Assembly (NCBI GenBank): GCA_963704165.1
Contig: CAVPHD010000001.1
Span: 64,001-128,000 of the forward strand
Source of the DNA: an uncultured delta proteobacterium
GTDB lineage: Bacteria > Myxococcota_A > UBA9160 > SZUA-336
Direction of reading: 5' to 3'
Length of the DNA stretch: 64,000 nt
The translations under genes were made by a program, and so were the position numbers. Positions 9,892-19,025 of this stretch are shown here, piece after piece (the first letter of the stretch is position 1; every line of letters starts with the position of its first letter). The notes beneath the pieces were generated by a model. That model was given only the letters and a program-made list of their open reading frames with translations, ran no database searches and was not told the origin of the DNA.

Positions 9892-10605
9892 ATGCCGGAC
9901 GATCGCTACGCACCGCCGCAGGCCAACCTCCAGCAGGCGTCGGCGCGCGTCGCCGGGACCGGCAGCTTCGATCTCGGCCTCGCGCTGAACGAGGCATGGG
10001 CGACGACCTGGGCGAACTTCGGACTGCTGCTCGGCGTCGGAATCGTCGGCGGGCTTCTGATGCTCGCCTCGGCTTTCACCGTCGTCGGGATCTTCCTGCT
10101 CGTGCCGGTCCTCGCCTGGGGTGGGATTCGCTTCGTTCTGAACGTCGTCGACGGCGAGGCGGAGTTCGCCGACCTGTTCAGTGGCTTTCAGGACTACGGG
10201 CGCTCGCTGCTCTCGATGCTTCTGCTCTTCGTGCTGAGCTCGCTGATCAGCCTGCTCGGTCAGTCACTGAACCTGATCGGCAGCGCCGCGGACCTGCCGC
10301 TGCTCGAAGGGATGGGGACGATCGTGAACCTGGCCTGGACCTTCCTGGTGATGGCGCGGCTCAACTTCGCGTGGTTCTTCGCGGTCGATCAGGGACTCGG
10401 ACCCGTCGAGGCCCTGCAGGCCTCGTGGGACGCGACTTCCGAGCTCAAGGGAAACTGCGCGGCCTTGATCGTCATGTCCGTGGCCGTGATCGGAATCGGC
10501 GTTCTGTGCCTGATCGTCGGGGTGATTCCGGCAGCGATGATCGCGTACTTGCTGCCCGTCTCCGCGTACCGGCAGATGGTGGGCCGCCAAAGCGTCGCTT
10601 CATGA
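9892..10605 (+). CDS. Hypothetical integral membrane protein
   Basis: N-terminal YAPP motif, several hydrophobic helices, EALQASW motif typical of DUF975-like membrane proteins. Confidence 0.7.
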   Translation: MPDDRYAPPQANLQQASARVAGTGSFDLGLALNEAWATTWANFGLLLGVGIVGGLLMLASAFTVVGIFLLVPVLAWGGIRFVLNVVDGEAEFADLFSGFQDYGRSLLSMLLLFVLSSLISLLGQSLNLIGSAADLPLLEGMGTIVNLAWTFLVMARLNFAWFFAVDQGLGPVEALQASWDATSELKGNCAALIVMSVAVIGIGVLCLIVGVIPAAMIAYLLPVSAYRQMVGRQSVAS

Positions 10606-13600
10606 ACGCGTACTCTTCGGCAAACGCGCGATCGTCGGGGTAGGCGTTCGCGGCCGACTTCGCGACGAAGAGCGCGTGGTCGGTGGCGCCGGTGAGCGCG
10701 GCGCTCCAGGCGATCCAGAACCACATCGGCTTGTAGTCGACCTCTTCGCGCCAGATCGAGACCACGCGCTCGAACCGGTCATCGGACTGGAATCGAGACG
10801 CGGCGGCGATCCAGCTCGCGGCGTTCATCCGAACGCGGCGATCGTTCTCGAGCTTGATGTCGCGGAGCTCACGGCGAAGCGCGACGTCGTCGCCGGTCGC
10901 GAGCGCCTCGATCAGGCGGAGCTCGCGCGCCTCACGGTCGAAGCTCCGGTGGTCGAGCCCGAGCGAGCGCGCTTCCTCGCGCGCCTGCCCGCTCCGTCGC
11001 GTCAGTTGGACGACTCGCGCCATGTCGAGCGTTCGGTGCTGCTCCGAGAAGAGCGACGCGACCTCGCTCGCCCAGAACGTCGGCGAGACACGCGCGAAGG
11101 AAAGGTCTCTCTCGGTCTGCGCGTCGCCCGCGAGGCGGGACGCGTGGTCGATCGATCCGCTTCGCGGAAGAGGCGCGGCTTCGATGCGAGCCAGGATCGC
11201 ATCCGGGCCGAAGCGAGCCTCGTAGAAGCGCGCGATCACCGCATACCGCGTGAGCGGAGCGTCGGATGGATCGAGCTCGCGGAACGCGATCGTCGCGATC
11301 CACTCGGAGATGCCCGACTCGATCGCCGCGCGCTCCGAGCGCGCACTCGACTCCGGGCCCCGCGTTTCGAGAAGCAACGAGATCCCGCTCGCCACGAACC
11401 AGCGAAGCTGACCGCGCACGGGCTCGGTCTGCACGCGCCAGAGGTCGAGTGCGAGCCCCTCGCCCGCGAGCGATGCGTCGAGTCGGGAGATCTCCTTCTC
11501 GATCGCGGGCACGACCTCCTCCGCCATGATCTCCAGCGCGAGCGGCAGATCGGCACGCTCGACCTGCAGCGCATCGACGAGCGCGAGGCGCGGGTCGAGG
11601 AGTGGCTTCCCGACTTGATCCTCGAGCGCCGGGATCTGGTCGCTGCGGAGCTCGCGTGCGAGCGCGCGCCCTTCGTCGATCCGGCCCGCCTTGAAGAGCG
11701 CGATCACCCGATCGATCGACATCGACACGAGCGTTCCGCCCGGAGACACGTGCGCACTCGCATCCGCGAGGGCCTGGGCGGCGAGATCGTACTGGCCGGT
11801 GTAGTGGTACAGGCCGGCGAGCTCGGTGTAATTCGACTCGTTTCGGTCACCGCTCGCGATCAATCGCTTCATCTTCTCGATCGCGCGCTGATACGTCTGG
11901 AAGTGCCAATCGCGCTGCACGTCGATCATGGTCCGCGCGTACTGTGGATCCTCGAAGATCCGCGAGGAAAGGAACCAGCTCGAGCGCGTGTTCTCGCCGG
12001 AGAAGCGCAGCAGCACCTCGAGCTTGGTCAGATCGACGAGCTCCCCGCTGCCGAAGCTCTTGTAAGCGAGCTCGAGGCTGTTCTGCAGCGACGTACCCGG
12101 AAACACGAGAGGTTGGCCGGTCTGCAGCACGTAGGTGAGCCACGTGCCCTCCGCTCGCGGCTCGGACCAGGCGAGGGCCGCGTGCGCTGGCAGTCCGATC
12201 ATGTGCGCGACACGACCCTGGCGCGCGGCGATCTCCTGGTAGAGCTCCGAGAGATCGTCACAGTCGCCACGCAACATGCCGCCGGCCTGCGCCGACAGCG
12301 TCTGCGACGCGGTCTGGTGTATGTCGCCCGAGATCGTCCGAGTACCGATCAGCAGCGGGTTTCGCGGATCCGGGCTGTCGAAGGTGTAGACGAGCAGGTA
12401 TTGACCGATCAGGTCGAGGTGCGCGGCGTCGGGCAGGACTCGCGCGGCCTGGAGGTACCAGGCCTCGGCGTCGGCGCTTCTTCCGCTCTTCGCAGGGTCG
12501 AGCCGGCCGTGTGCGGTGACGAGCGCGAGTACGTCGGAGTTCGGCGCGGTCACGACGATGTGCGGCGGGAGTGCGTCGCGCAGCGCCGCCCATTCGACGC
12601 CGGGACCGGTGGTCGGGAACGCCTGGCGCCAGGTCTCCTCGTCGGACCGCAGGCCGCGCTCGGAATCCCAGGCGGCAATTCGATCCGGCCCGCTCCAGAG
12701 CTCGGCTTCGACCCAACTCGCCGCGTCGCGCAGCGGGTCCGATCCGTGCGGGAGGCGGACGACCAGCCGAGTCACGACTCCGTTGGTGTAATAGGCCGGA
12801 AGCGGCGCGAATACCGCGTAGCCGACACGTTCTCGTGTCGCCAGCGTCCAGACGCGCTTCCCGAACGCGTCCTCGACGAGCTCCATCTTCGCACCCGACC
12901 CCTCGAAGGTCGCGATCGGGAGCATGCGTTCGGATCGGAGGACGGCATCTCGAACCGCGTCGGTCGCGCCGCGCTTCGCCTTCAGAACCGAGAGCCAACC
13001 GGCCCGAACGAGCCGACGTGCGAAGCTCGGCGGTACCAGATCGAGGCTGTACTGCGTGTCGTCCAGCGTGATCTGCATCAGGATCTCTGCCACCGCCATC
13101 CGCGTCTCCGGCGTGGTCGCGGTCTCCGGCAGCGAAGCGATGAGCGCATCGACCGCCCGGGCGAGCTGCTCTCGGCTCGCGGAATGAATCGCGCGCGTCG
13201 CCTGCGTCAGCGGCTCGCGCGGGATCTCGCGCAACACGCCTTCGCGTACCACGTACAGGTCACGACCGACGAGATAGGCGCCGGTGAGCTCTTCTTCGTA
13301 GAGCACCAGAGCCTCGGCACGAAGCCCGGCCGTACGCGCCCGGGCGAGCATCGCCGGCAGATCGACGAGCGGCGCGGTGTTCCAGTTCGCGAGCAGACCC
13401 CAGCTCGCGCGCAGATCGCCGATCTCGGTCGCGAGCGCGAGCCAATCCCCTTCGCGCGCACGCACGATCTCGTACTCGTAACCCGGGGCGGCGCGCCAGA
13501 ACACGTGTGAGTCGCGCACCACGAGGTCCGGGCGGGCGGGAAGGATCGATCCGACCTCGACGCCCTCCACCTCTCGAGGCGCGAGCGCGGGCGGCGGAGC

Positions 13601-13693
13601 GCCAGCTTCCGCGCCGGGATCCGGCGGGAGGGTCTGCGCGGTCGCGCACGCGACCAGGAACACGGCGAGGACGGCGGAAGCGAAGCGACGCAT
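10472..13693 (-). CDS. Large lipoprotein with transglutaminase-like core and TPR region
   Basis: 1073 aa; lipobox LVAC; GDCDD followed by PAHAA; TPR-like YTELAGLYHYTGQYDLAAQAL. Confidence 0.65.
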   Translation of the reverse strand: MRRFASAVLAVFLVACATAQTLPPDPGAEAGAPPPALAPREVEGVEVGSILPARPDLVVRDSHVFWRAAPGYEYEIVRAREGDWLALATEIGDLRASWGLLANWNTAPLVDLPAMLARARTAGLRAEALVLYEEELTGAYLVGRDLYVVREGVLREIPREPLTQATRAIHSASREQLARAVDALIASLPETATTPETRMAVAEILMQITLDDTQYSLDLVPPSFARRLVRAGWLSVLKAKRGATDAVRDAVLRSERMLPIATFEGSGAKMELVEDAFGKRVWTLATRERVGYAVFAPLPAYYTNGVVTRLVVRLPHGSDPLRDAASWVEAELWSGPDRIAAWDSERGLRSDEETWRQAFPTTGPGVEWAALRDALPPHIVVTAPNSDVLALVTAHGRLDPAKSGRSADAEAWYLQAARVLPDAAHLDLIGQYLLVYTFDSPDPRNPLLIGTRTISGDIHQTASQTLSAQAGGMLRGDCDDLSELYQEIAARQGRVAHMIGLPAHAALAWSEPRAEGTWLTYVLQTGQPLVFPGTSLQNSLELAYKSFGSGELVDLTKLEVLLRFSGENTRSSWFLSSRIFEDPQYARTMIDVQRDWHFQTYQRAIEKMKRLIASGDRNESNYTELAGLYHYTGQYDLAAQALADASAHVSPGGTLVSMSIDRVIALFKAGRIDEGRALARELRSDQIPALEDQVGKPLLDPRLALVDALQVERADLPLALEIMAEEVVPAIEKEISRLDASLAGEGLALDLWRVQTEPVRGQLRWFVASGISLLLETRGPESSARSERAAIESGISEWIATIAFRELDPSDAPLTRYAVIARFYEARFGPDAILARIEAAPLPRSGSIDHASRLAGDAQTERDLSFARVSPTFWASEVASLFSEQHRTLDMARVVQLTRRSGQAREEARSLGLDHRSFDREARELRLIEALATGDDVALRRELRDIKLENDRRVRMNAASWIAAASRFQSDDRFERVVSIWREEVDYKPMWFWIAWSAALTGATDHALFVAKSAANAYPDDRAFAEEYAFMKRRFGGPPSAGTRRRAASTRSSLPESPRRSGTERRFRSRPRT

Positions 13694-13767
13694 CGGCTGC
13701 CGGTACCTTACCGAGTCCGGCTGAAGTAAGCTCCGCGTCTCCGAACCAAACTCTCACCGAGGGGGAA

Positions 13768-14034
13768 ATGAAAGTTCCGAAGCTCGCGCTCTACCACTTC
13801 GACAGCTGTCCGTACTGCGAGCGCGTTCGCGCGGCCCTGGGCCGCCTCGATCTCCAGATCGAGCTGCGCGACGTCCACAGCGAACCCGAGTGGAGACAGG
13901 AACTCGTGCGCGCGACCGGGAAACAGATGGTGCCCTGCCTGCGCATCGAGCAGGAGGACGGCCGCGCCCGCTGGATGCACGAATCGGCCGACATCATTCG
14001 CTATCTCGAAACGGAGGTGGCGCGTCGGGGCTGA
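13768..14034 (+). CDS. Glutaredoxin-family protein
   Basis: CPYC and VPCL motifs; ATG after GAGGGGG. Confidence 0.85.
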   Translation: MKVPKLALYHFDSCPYCERVRAALGRLDLQIELRDVHSEPEWRQELVRATGKQMVPCLRIEQEDGRARWMHESADIIRYLETEVARRG

Positions 14035-14053
14035 TCGCCCCGCGCGCACGCTC

Positions 14054-14884
14054 ATGTCGACCACCGATGCGCGCGAACGCTTCATCGACATCTTGCGCCT
14101 GCCCGACGAGAGCGTCGATCTGGCCGAGGCTGCGCTCTGGGTCGCGGCCGAGCAGTACGAAGGACTCGACGTCCCGGGTTACCTCGCGCGACTCGCCGAG
14201 CTCGCCGAGACGGCGCGGCCGCTCGTCGATGCCGCCGAGACGATCGAGCAGCGAATCACGGCGCTGAATCGATTCCTCTACGACGAGCACGGCTTTCGAG
14301 GCAATCGCAGCGACTACTACGACACGCGCAACAGCTTTCTGAACGACGTCATCGATCGCCGCACCGGCATTCCGATCACGCTCGCGATCGTCTATCTCTC
14401 GGTCGCCAGGCGCCTGGGTCTGCCGGTCTCCGGCGTCGGATTCCCCGGCCACTTCCTGCTCCGCTGTCATGCGCAGGACGAGATCGTGATCGACCCGTTC
14501 GAGGGCACCTTTCTCTCGCGGTCCGACTGCGAGGAGCGCTGGCGCGCGACGCTCGGCGCCGACACTCCGTTCGACGTTCGCGCACTCGAACCGGCGCCCG
14601 CGCACGCGACGCTCTCTCGCCTGATCGGAAACCTGAAGCAGATCTTCCTCGCGCAAGAGGACTGGCCGCGCGCACTCGCGTGCATCGAGCGGATTCTCCT
14701 GCTCGAACCCGACGAACCCCTCGAGCTCCGCGACCGCGGCCTTCTCTACGCTCGCCTCGAATGCTTCGAAGCCGCGAAGGCGGATCTTCACCGTTTCCTC
14801 GAGCTCGTGCCGGATGATCCGAGCTCGACCGGCGTTCGCCAACGACTGATCGAGCTCATGCGGAGCTCGCCGGCGCTTCACTGA
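14054..14884 (+). CDS. SirB1/YchA family (transglutaminase-like core 2 + TPR)
   Basis: GFRGN..DYYD..NSFLNDVI.RR.GIPITL, FPGHFL, IDPF, RDRGL motifs. Confidence 0.9.
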   Translation: MSTTDARERFIDILRLPDESVDLAEAALWVAAEQYEGLDVPGYLARLAELAETARPLVDAAETIEQRITALNRFLYDEHGFRGNRSDYYDTRNSFLNDVIDRRTGIPITLAIVYLSVARRLGLPVSGVGFPGHFLLRCHAQDEIVIDPFEGTFLSRSDCEERWRATLGADTPFDVRALEPAPAHATLSRLIGNLKQIFLAQEDWPRALACIERILLLEPDEPLELRDRGLLYARLECFEAAKADLHRFLELVPDDPSSTGVRQRLIELMRSSPALH

Positions 14885-14889
14885 CGGGA

Positions 14890-16176
14890 ATGGGAGAAGT
14901 CGACATGCCGGTGCCCGACGAGCGAGCAGGGCCCGCATCCGACGCCGGGTGCCGATCGGGAGGAGCGGACTCGATCGGGTACGAGCACTCGCCGATCCCG
15001 GTGCGCGAGGATCTCCGCGCTGCGCATCGCCGCGCATGGCGACGGCTCGCATCCGCGGGCACGTGGTGGACCGGTGCAGAGCGCGTCGCGATCGCGCGCG
15101 AGGTTCGACGCGAAGCGAGCTGCGCTCTCTGCGCGGATCGACGACATGCGCTCTCGCCGAACGCAGTCGCGGGCGAGCACGCGCCGGCCACGCCGCTCGA
15201 GGCCGCTGCGGTCGAGGCCGTCCATCGCATCGCGGGCGATCCCGGCCGGCTCTCGAAGCGCTTTCGCGACGGACTCGAAGCCGCCGGACTCGACGATGCC
15301 GCCTACGTGGAGCTCGTCGGTGTCGTCGTCACGGTCGTCAGCATCGATGCGTTCTGTCGGGGGATCGGCCTTCCGCTGCACGCGCTTCCGGCACCGCTCG
15401 CGGGCGAGCCCTCCCGGTACCGACCGAGTCAGGCTCGCGACGACGGCGCCTGGGTGCCGATGATCCCCGCGTTCGGCACGACCGGGAAGGAGGCGGATCT
15501 CTGGCGCCGCGGCGCGACGGGAAACGTGATCCGCGCGCTCAGCCTCGTGCCCGAAGAGGTCCGGACTCTGAAGGACCTGAGCAACGCCCATTACCTGCCA
15601 CCAGAGCAGGTCGCCGACCCGAGAGCGCAGCTTGGCGCGCTCTCTCGCGCGCAAGCGGAGTTCCTGGCCGCTCGTGTCTCCGCGCTGCGCGAGTGCTTCT
15701 ACTGAACCAGTTCGCACGCGCTGCTGCTCCGTGCGAGTGGCGAGATCGAGGGTGAGGCGTACGACATCGAGACCGTCACGACGGGGGATACGACCGGATC
15801 GAGCGGCGTTCCGAACGGGCCGGCGCTGAGCGCCTTCGCCGAGGCGCTGGTCAGCGGCGACGGGAATGCACTCGCGCACGCGCGAGATCGCGTGGCGCTG
15901 GAGCTCGGGCCGGACGGCTTGCTCGACGTGGCCGCCGTCGCGTCGAACTTCGAGCGCATGGTCCGGATCGCGGATTCGACGGGCATTCCGCTCGATGCGC
16001 CCGTCGCGGCGCTGACCTCCGACCTGCGCGACACCCTGCACCTCGATCGCTTCGAATCGGCCGCACGGACCCGACGACTCGGGCGCTTCGGCCGGGGGCT
16101 CGCGTCCGTGCTGCGTGCGGCGCTCCCCGTCGTCCTGCGCCGCCTGCCCCGGCGTCGGGATCGCGCGAAGGACTAG
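14890..16176 (+). CDS. AhpD-like alkylhydroperoxidase-related selenoprotein (Sec at UGA 15703-15705)
   Basis: ORFs 14890..15705 and 15892..16176 are in the same frame, separated by one TGA; read-through gives RECFY-U-TSSH, matching the AhpD CxxCxxxH motif; hairpin follows the UGA. Confidence 0.8.
15706..15740 (+). promoter_or_regulatory. Putative bacterial SECIS hairpin
   Basis: TCGCACG (15712-15718) pairs with CGTGCGA (15730-15736), extended by CCA/TGG; apical UGCU loop starts 16 nt after the UGA. Confidence 0.6.
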
Positions 16177-16541
16177 TCGCCGCCGCCGCGGAAGCGCTCG
16201 AGATCGCGGCGCTCGCGCTTGGTCGGGCGCCCGGCCCCCGGATCGCGCTGCGGCATGCGCACGCGCACCTTTCTCGGCTCGGGCGGCGGGGAGTGATCGT
16301 CGAAGAGCTCGCGCGCGAGCGCGGCGGAGAGGCGCTTCTCGGCGAGCGCCTTCACCTCGAGGATTCGCGGTCCCCCCTCGGTCTGCGCGCGCACGCGATC
16401 ACCGACGCGCAGTCCGTAATGCGGCTTCACGTTGTCGTCGTTGACCTTCACCCGGCCACCCACACACGCCTGTGTCGCTTGCGTTCGCGACTTGTAGACC
16501 CGCGCGGCGCAGAGCCAGCGATCGATCCGCACGCTCTCCAT
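16173..16541 (-). CDS. hslR: Ribosome-associated heat shock protein Hsp15 (S4 domain)
   Basis: RIDRWL..AR.YKSR..A...C..G.VKVN and GRPTKRERR motifs. Confidence 0.9.
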   Translation of the reverse strand: MESVRIDRWLCAARVYKSRTQATQACVGGRVKVNDDNVKPHYGLRVGDRVRAQTEGGPRILEVKALAEKRLSAALARELFDDHSPPPEPRKVRVRMPQRDPGAGRPTKRERRDLERFRGGGD

Positions 16542-16564
16542 CACCGGCAGTCTAGGCGGCTCGG

Positions 16565-18337
16565 TCAGATCTCGTACTGCCAATCGTCGTCCGACTCGAA
16601 GCGGAAGATTTCCGAATCCGGTCGCGGACGCAGACGTGCACGCGCGAGATCGAGCGCACGCTCGAGGCCCTCGAAGATCCGGCCGCCCGTGAGCACGAGC
16701 GCATCGGGACCGACGACCGCCCCGAGCTCGGTACTCGCCAGCAAGCCGTGAAGCCGCTCGGAGAGACCACAGAGCACGAGCGAAGCGCCGCGAGATCGCA
16801 GATCCGCCGCGAGATGCCGCAGGACCTCGAGCACGGTCGCGTCGAGATGCCGCGCGCGTTTCAGCCGCAGGACGACGACCTCGGTTCCGCGCGAGGCGAC
16901 TTCTCGGAGACGATCGGCGAGCTCGGGCGCGACCGCGAAGTTCAGGTCGCCCTCGAGGTGCAGGATCACGGCGGGCATCGCGCCGGTCTGCGCGTCGATC
17001 GGAAGCTCTCGCAGGCGGCGTTGTCCGCTCTGCGCGAGCTCGACCATCTGCAGCCGACCTGCGCGCCGCACGAGCAGCGCGAGCGAGAGCAGGAGTCCCG
17101 CGTACACGGCCGGCACCAGATCGAGCCAGAGCGTGACGGCGAGCGTGACGGCCAGCACCGCCGCATCGCCCGGCGTCGAAGCGGCGCGGCGGATCTGCGT
17201 CGGCGAGATCGAGGCGAAGCCCGTCAGCACGATCAGCCCCGCGAGCGCCGCCATCGGCACGCGTTCGAGTCCGGGGGCGAGCACCGGCAGGAAGAGCGCG
17301 ACGAGCGCCCCCGCCGTCACGCTCGCGAGCCGCGTGCGGGCTCCGGCGAGACGCGAGGTCAGCGACCGCGTGAGCGAGCCGCTCGTGCACTGCGCCCCCA
17401 CCAGCGCCGCAGTCACGTTCGCAACGCCTTGGGAGAACAGCTCGCGGTCGGGGTCGAGCGCGGGACCGCGCGCGGGCTCGAGCGCTCGAGCGGACGCCAT
17501 CGCCTGCACGGTGATCAGCAGCGCGAGCGCGAGCGCGGGCGGCAGGATCTCGGCCGGGTCGAACGCGCGCGGCGCGTGAAGGGCGGGCAGATCGAGGGCA
17601 AGTGCCGAAAGGCGCGGGAGCGCTCCCTCCCCTTCCGTCCAGCCGAGAAGCGCCGAAGCGAACGCGGCCAGCGCGAGCGCCGCGAGCGCGGCCGGAAAGC
17701 GCGGACCGGCCCGTCGGGTCGCGAGGATCAGCACCGGAACCGCGAGTCCCACCGCGAGCGAGTGCGGATCGGCGGCAACGAGCGCACCCAGAGCGTCGCT
17801 GAGCGCCCACCACGCGTTCGGTATCAGCATCGACGTCTCGTGCGGCGCGGGCTCGGTGCCCGCGAGCATCGGCAGGTAGCGGAGCGCGATCAGCAGGCCC
17901 ACACCGATGTTGAAGCCGCAGATCACGGAATCGGATAGGAAACGCGACGCCCGTCCGTAGCCCAGCGCGCCGAGGCCGATCAGCATCACGCCAGCGCAGA
18001 GGCCGGTGGCGAGCGCGGCCGCGATCGGATCGTGACCTCGGGCGATCGCGGGCGCGACCACCGAGACGCCGAGCAGGAGCGCGGTGGGATTCGTCGGCCC
18101 GGTCACCATGAAACGGCTCGAGCCGAAGAGCGCCCCTACCAGGGCGGGCAGCGCGGCCGCCGCCAGGCCCATCTCGGCAGGAAGCCCGGCCACCAGTGCG
18201 TACGCGACCGCCTGTGGAATCGCGAGCGCCGCGATCGCCACGCCTGCGAACAGGTCTGGAGAGATGTCCGCGCGACCCGTGCCGCGCAGATGCGGCGCGA
18301 ATCGGGCGAGCGCGCCGCGCAGCAGACTCCGCCCCAA
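16565..18337 (-). CDS. SulP-family anion transporter with STAS domain
   Basis: DLFAG...IPQAVAYALVAGLP, GSSR...GPT, DPDREL, GSLTRS and STAS (GDLNFA...LDAT). Confidence 0.9.
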   Translation of the reverse strand: MGRSLLRGALARFAPHLRGTGRADISPDLFAGVAIAALAIPQAVAYALVAGLPAEMGLAAAALPALVGALFGSSRFMVTGPTNPTALLLGVSVVAPAIARGHDPIAAALATGLCAGVMLIGLGALGYGRASRFLSDSVICGFNIGVGLLIALRYLPMLAGTEPAPHETSMLIPNAWWALSDALGALVAADPHSLAVGLAVPVLILATRRAGPRFPAALAALALAAFASALLGWTEGEGALPRLSALALDLPALHAPRAFDPAEILPPALALALLITVQAMASARALEPARGPALDPDRELFSQGVANVTAALVGAQCTSGSLTRSLTSRLAGARTRLASVTAGALVALFLPVLAPGLERVPMAALAGLIVLTGFASISPTQIRRAASTPGDAAVLAVTLAVTLWLDLVPAVYAGLLLSLALLVRRAGRLQMVELAQSGQRRLRELPIDAQTGAMPAVILHLEGDLNFAVAPELADRLREVASRGTEVVVLRLKRARHLDATVLEVLRHLAADLRSRGASLVLCGLSERLHGLLASTELGAVVGPDALVLTGGRIFEGLERALDLARARLRPRPDSEIFRFESDDDWQYEI

Positions 18338-18340
18338 CGA

Positions 18341-18814
18341 CTAGCCCTGCTCCGCGGCGGGCGGGAACTCGACCTCGAAGCGCTCGAGCAGTCCGAGCGC
18401 ACAGACCGCATGGCTGGGCTCGAGCAGATAGATCTCGACCCCGGGACGCGCGACGAACACCTTGGCGCTCGGGAGCTTCGCGACGTAGGTGTCGAGCGCC
18501 TGGGCGCGCTCCGGCTCGGCATCGAGCTTGCGCAGGTGACCCTGGATCGTCACGCGCGCGAACTTGCTCATGTTCTCGAGCCCCACGGCGCGCGTGTCGA
18601 TCTGCGCGCAGACGCCGTTCCCGCTGCCGAGGTAACGCCCCTTCATGGAGCCCGGCGAGGTGCCGAAGATCAACCGCGCGGCGCCGGCCTCGGCGAAGAA
18701 CATGACGGAGCTGTACGGTGGATCCCCCGCTCCGGGGCCGGCGAACGAGAAGACCGCGAAGCTCTCGTCGCGAAGCACCGAAGCAATCGTCTCGAGCTGC
18801 TGGTCACGGGTCAT
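18341..18814 (-). CDS. Pyridoxamine 5'-phosphate oxidase-like FMN-binding split-barrel protein
   Basis: PYSSVMFF, T..GS.K, RVTIQG pattern; ATG at 18814. Confidence 0.6.
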   Translation of the reverse strand: MTRDQQLETIASVLRDESFAVFSFAGPGAGDPPYSSVMFFAEAGAARLIFGTSPGSMKGRYLGSGNGVCAQIDTRAVGLENMSKFARVTIQGHLRKLDAEPERAQALDTYVAKLPSAKVFVARPGVEIYLLEPSHAVCALGLLERFEVEFPPAAEQG

Positions 18815-19025
18815 GAACGCCCGTCTAGCACGCGCGCCTCGGCATTGTAAATCCGCTTCCGGGACGTGCAGTTGTGCGCATGTCGACCGGGCAGGTCCGC
18901 GCTCCGTATCGGGACCCGGGAACGCCGGCTCAGGCTCGCGCGGCGGATCCCCGAAGAAGGACGGGCGCTTGCCTCGGGCGGAGGCGAGGGCTACTACGGT
19001 CGATTCCCAGAGGTCGGGAGGAGCA

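Noticed and set aside
10472..10605. 134-bp convergent overlap between the membrane protein and the large lipoprotein
   Set aside because: The overlapping tail is low-complexity and likely reflects stop-codon drift in GC-rich DNA; no evidence of function
10676..13510. 944-aa plus-strand ORF and similar long antisense ORFs (e.g. 29313..30953, 46902..48395, 58290..61268)
   Set aside because: Shadow ORFs opposite well-supported genes, expected in GC-rich DNA; no recognisable motifs
15892..16176. Separate small CDSs at 15892..16176 and 41766..41990
   Set aside because: Both are in frame with the upstream ORF across a single motif-positioned TGA and are better explained as C-terminal parts of selenoproteins
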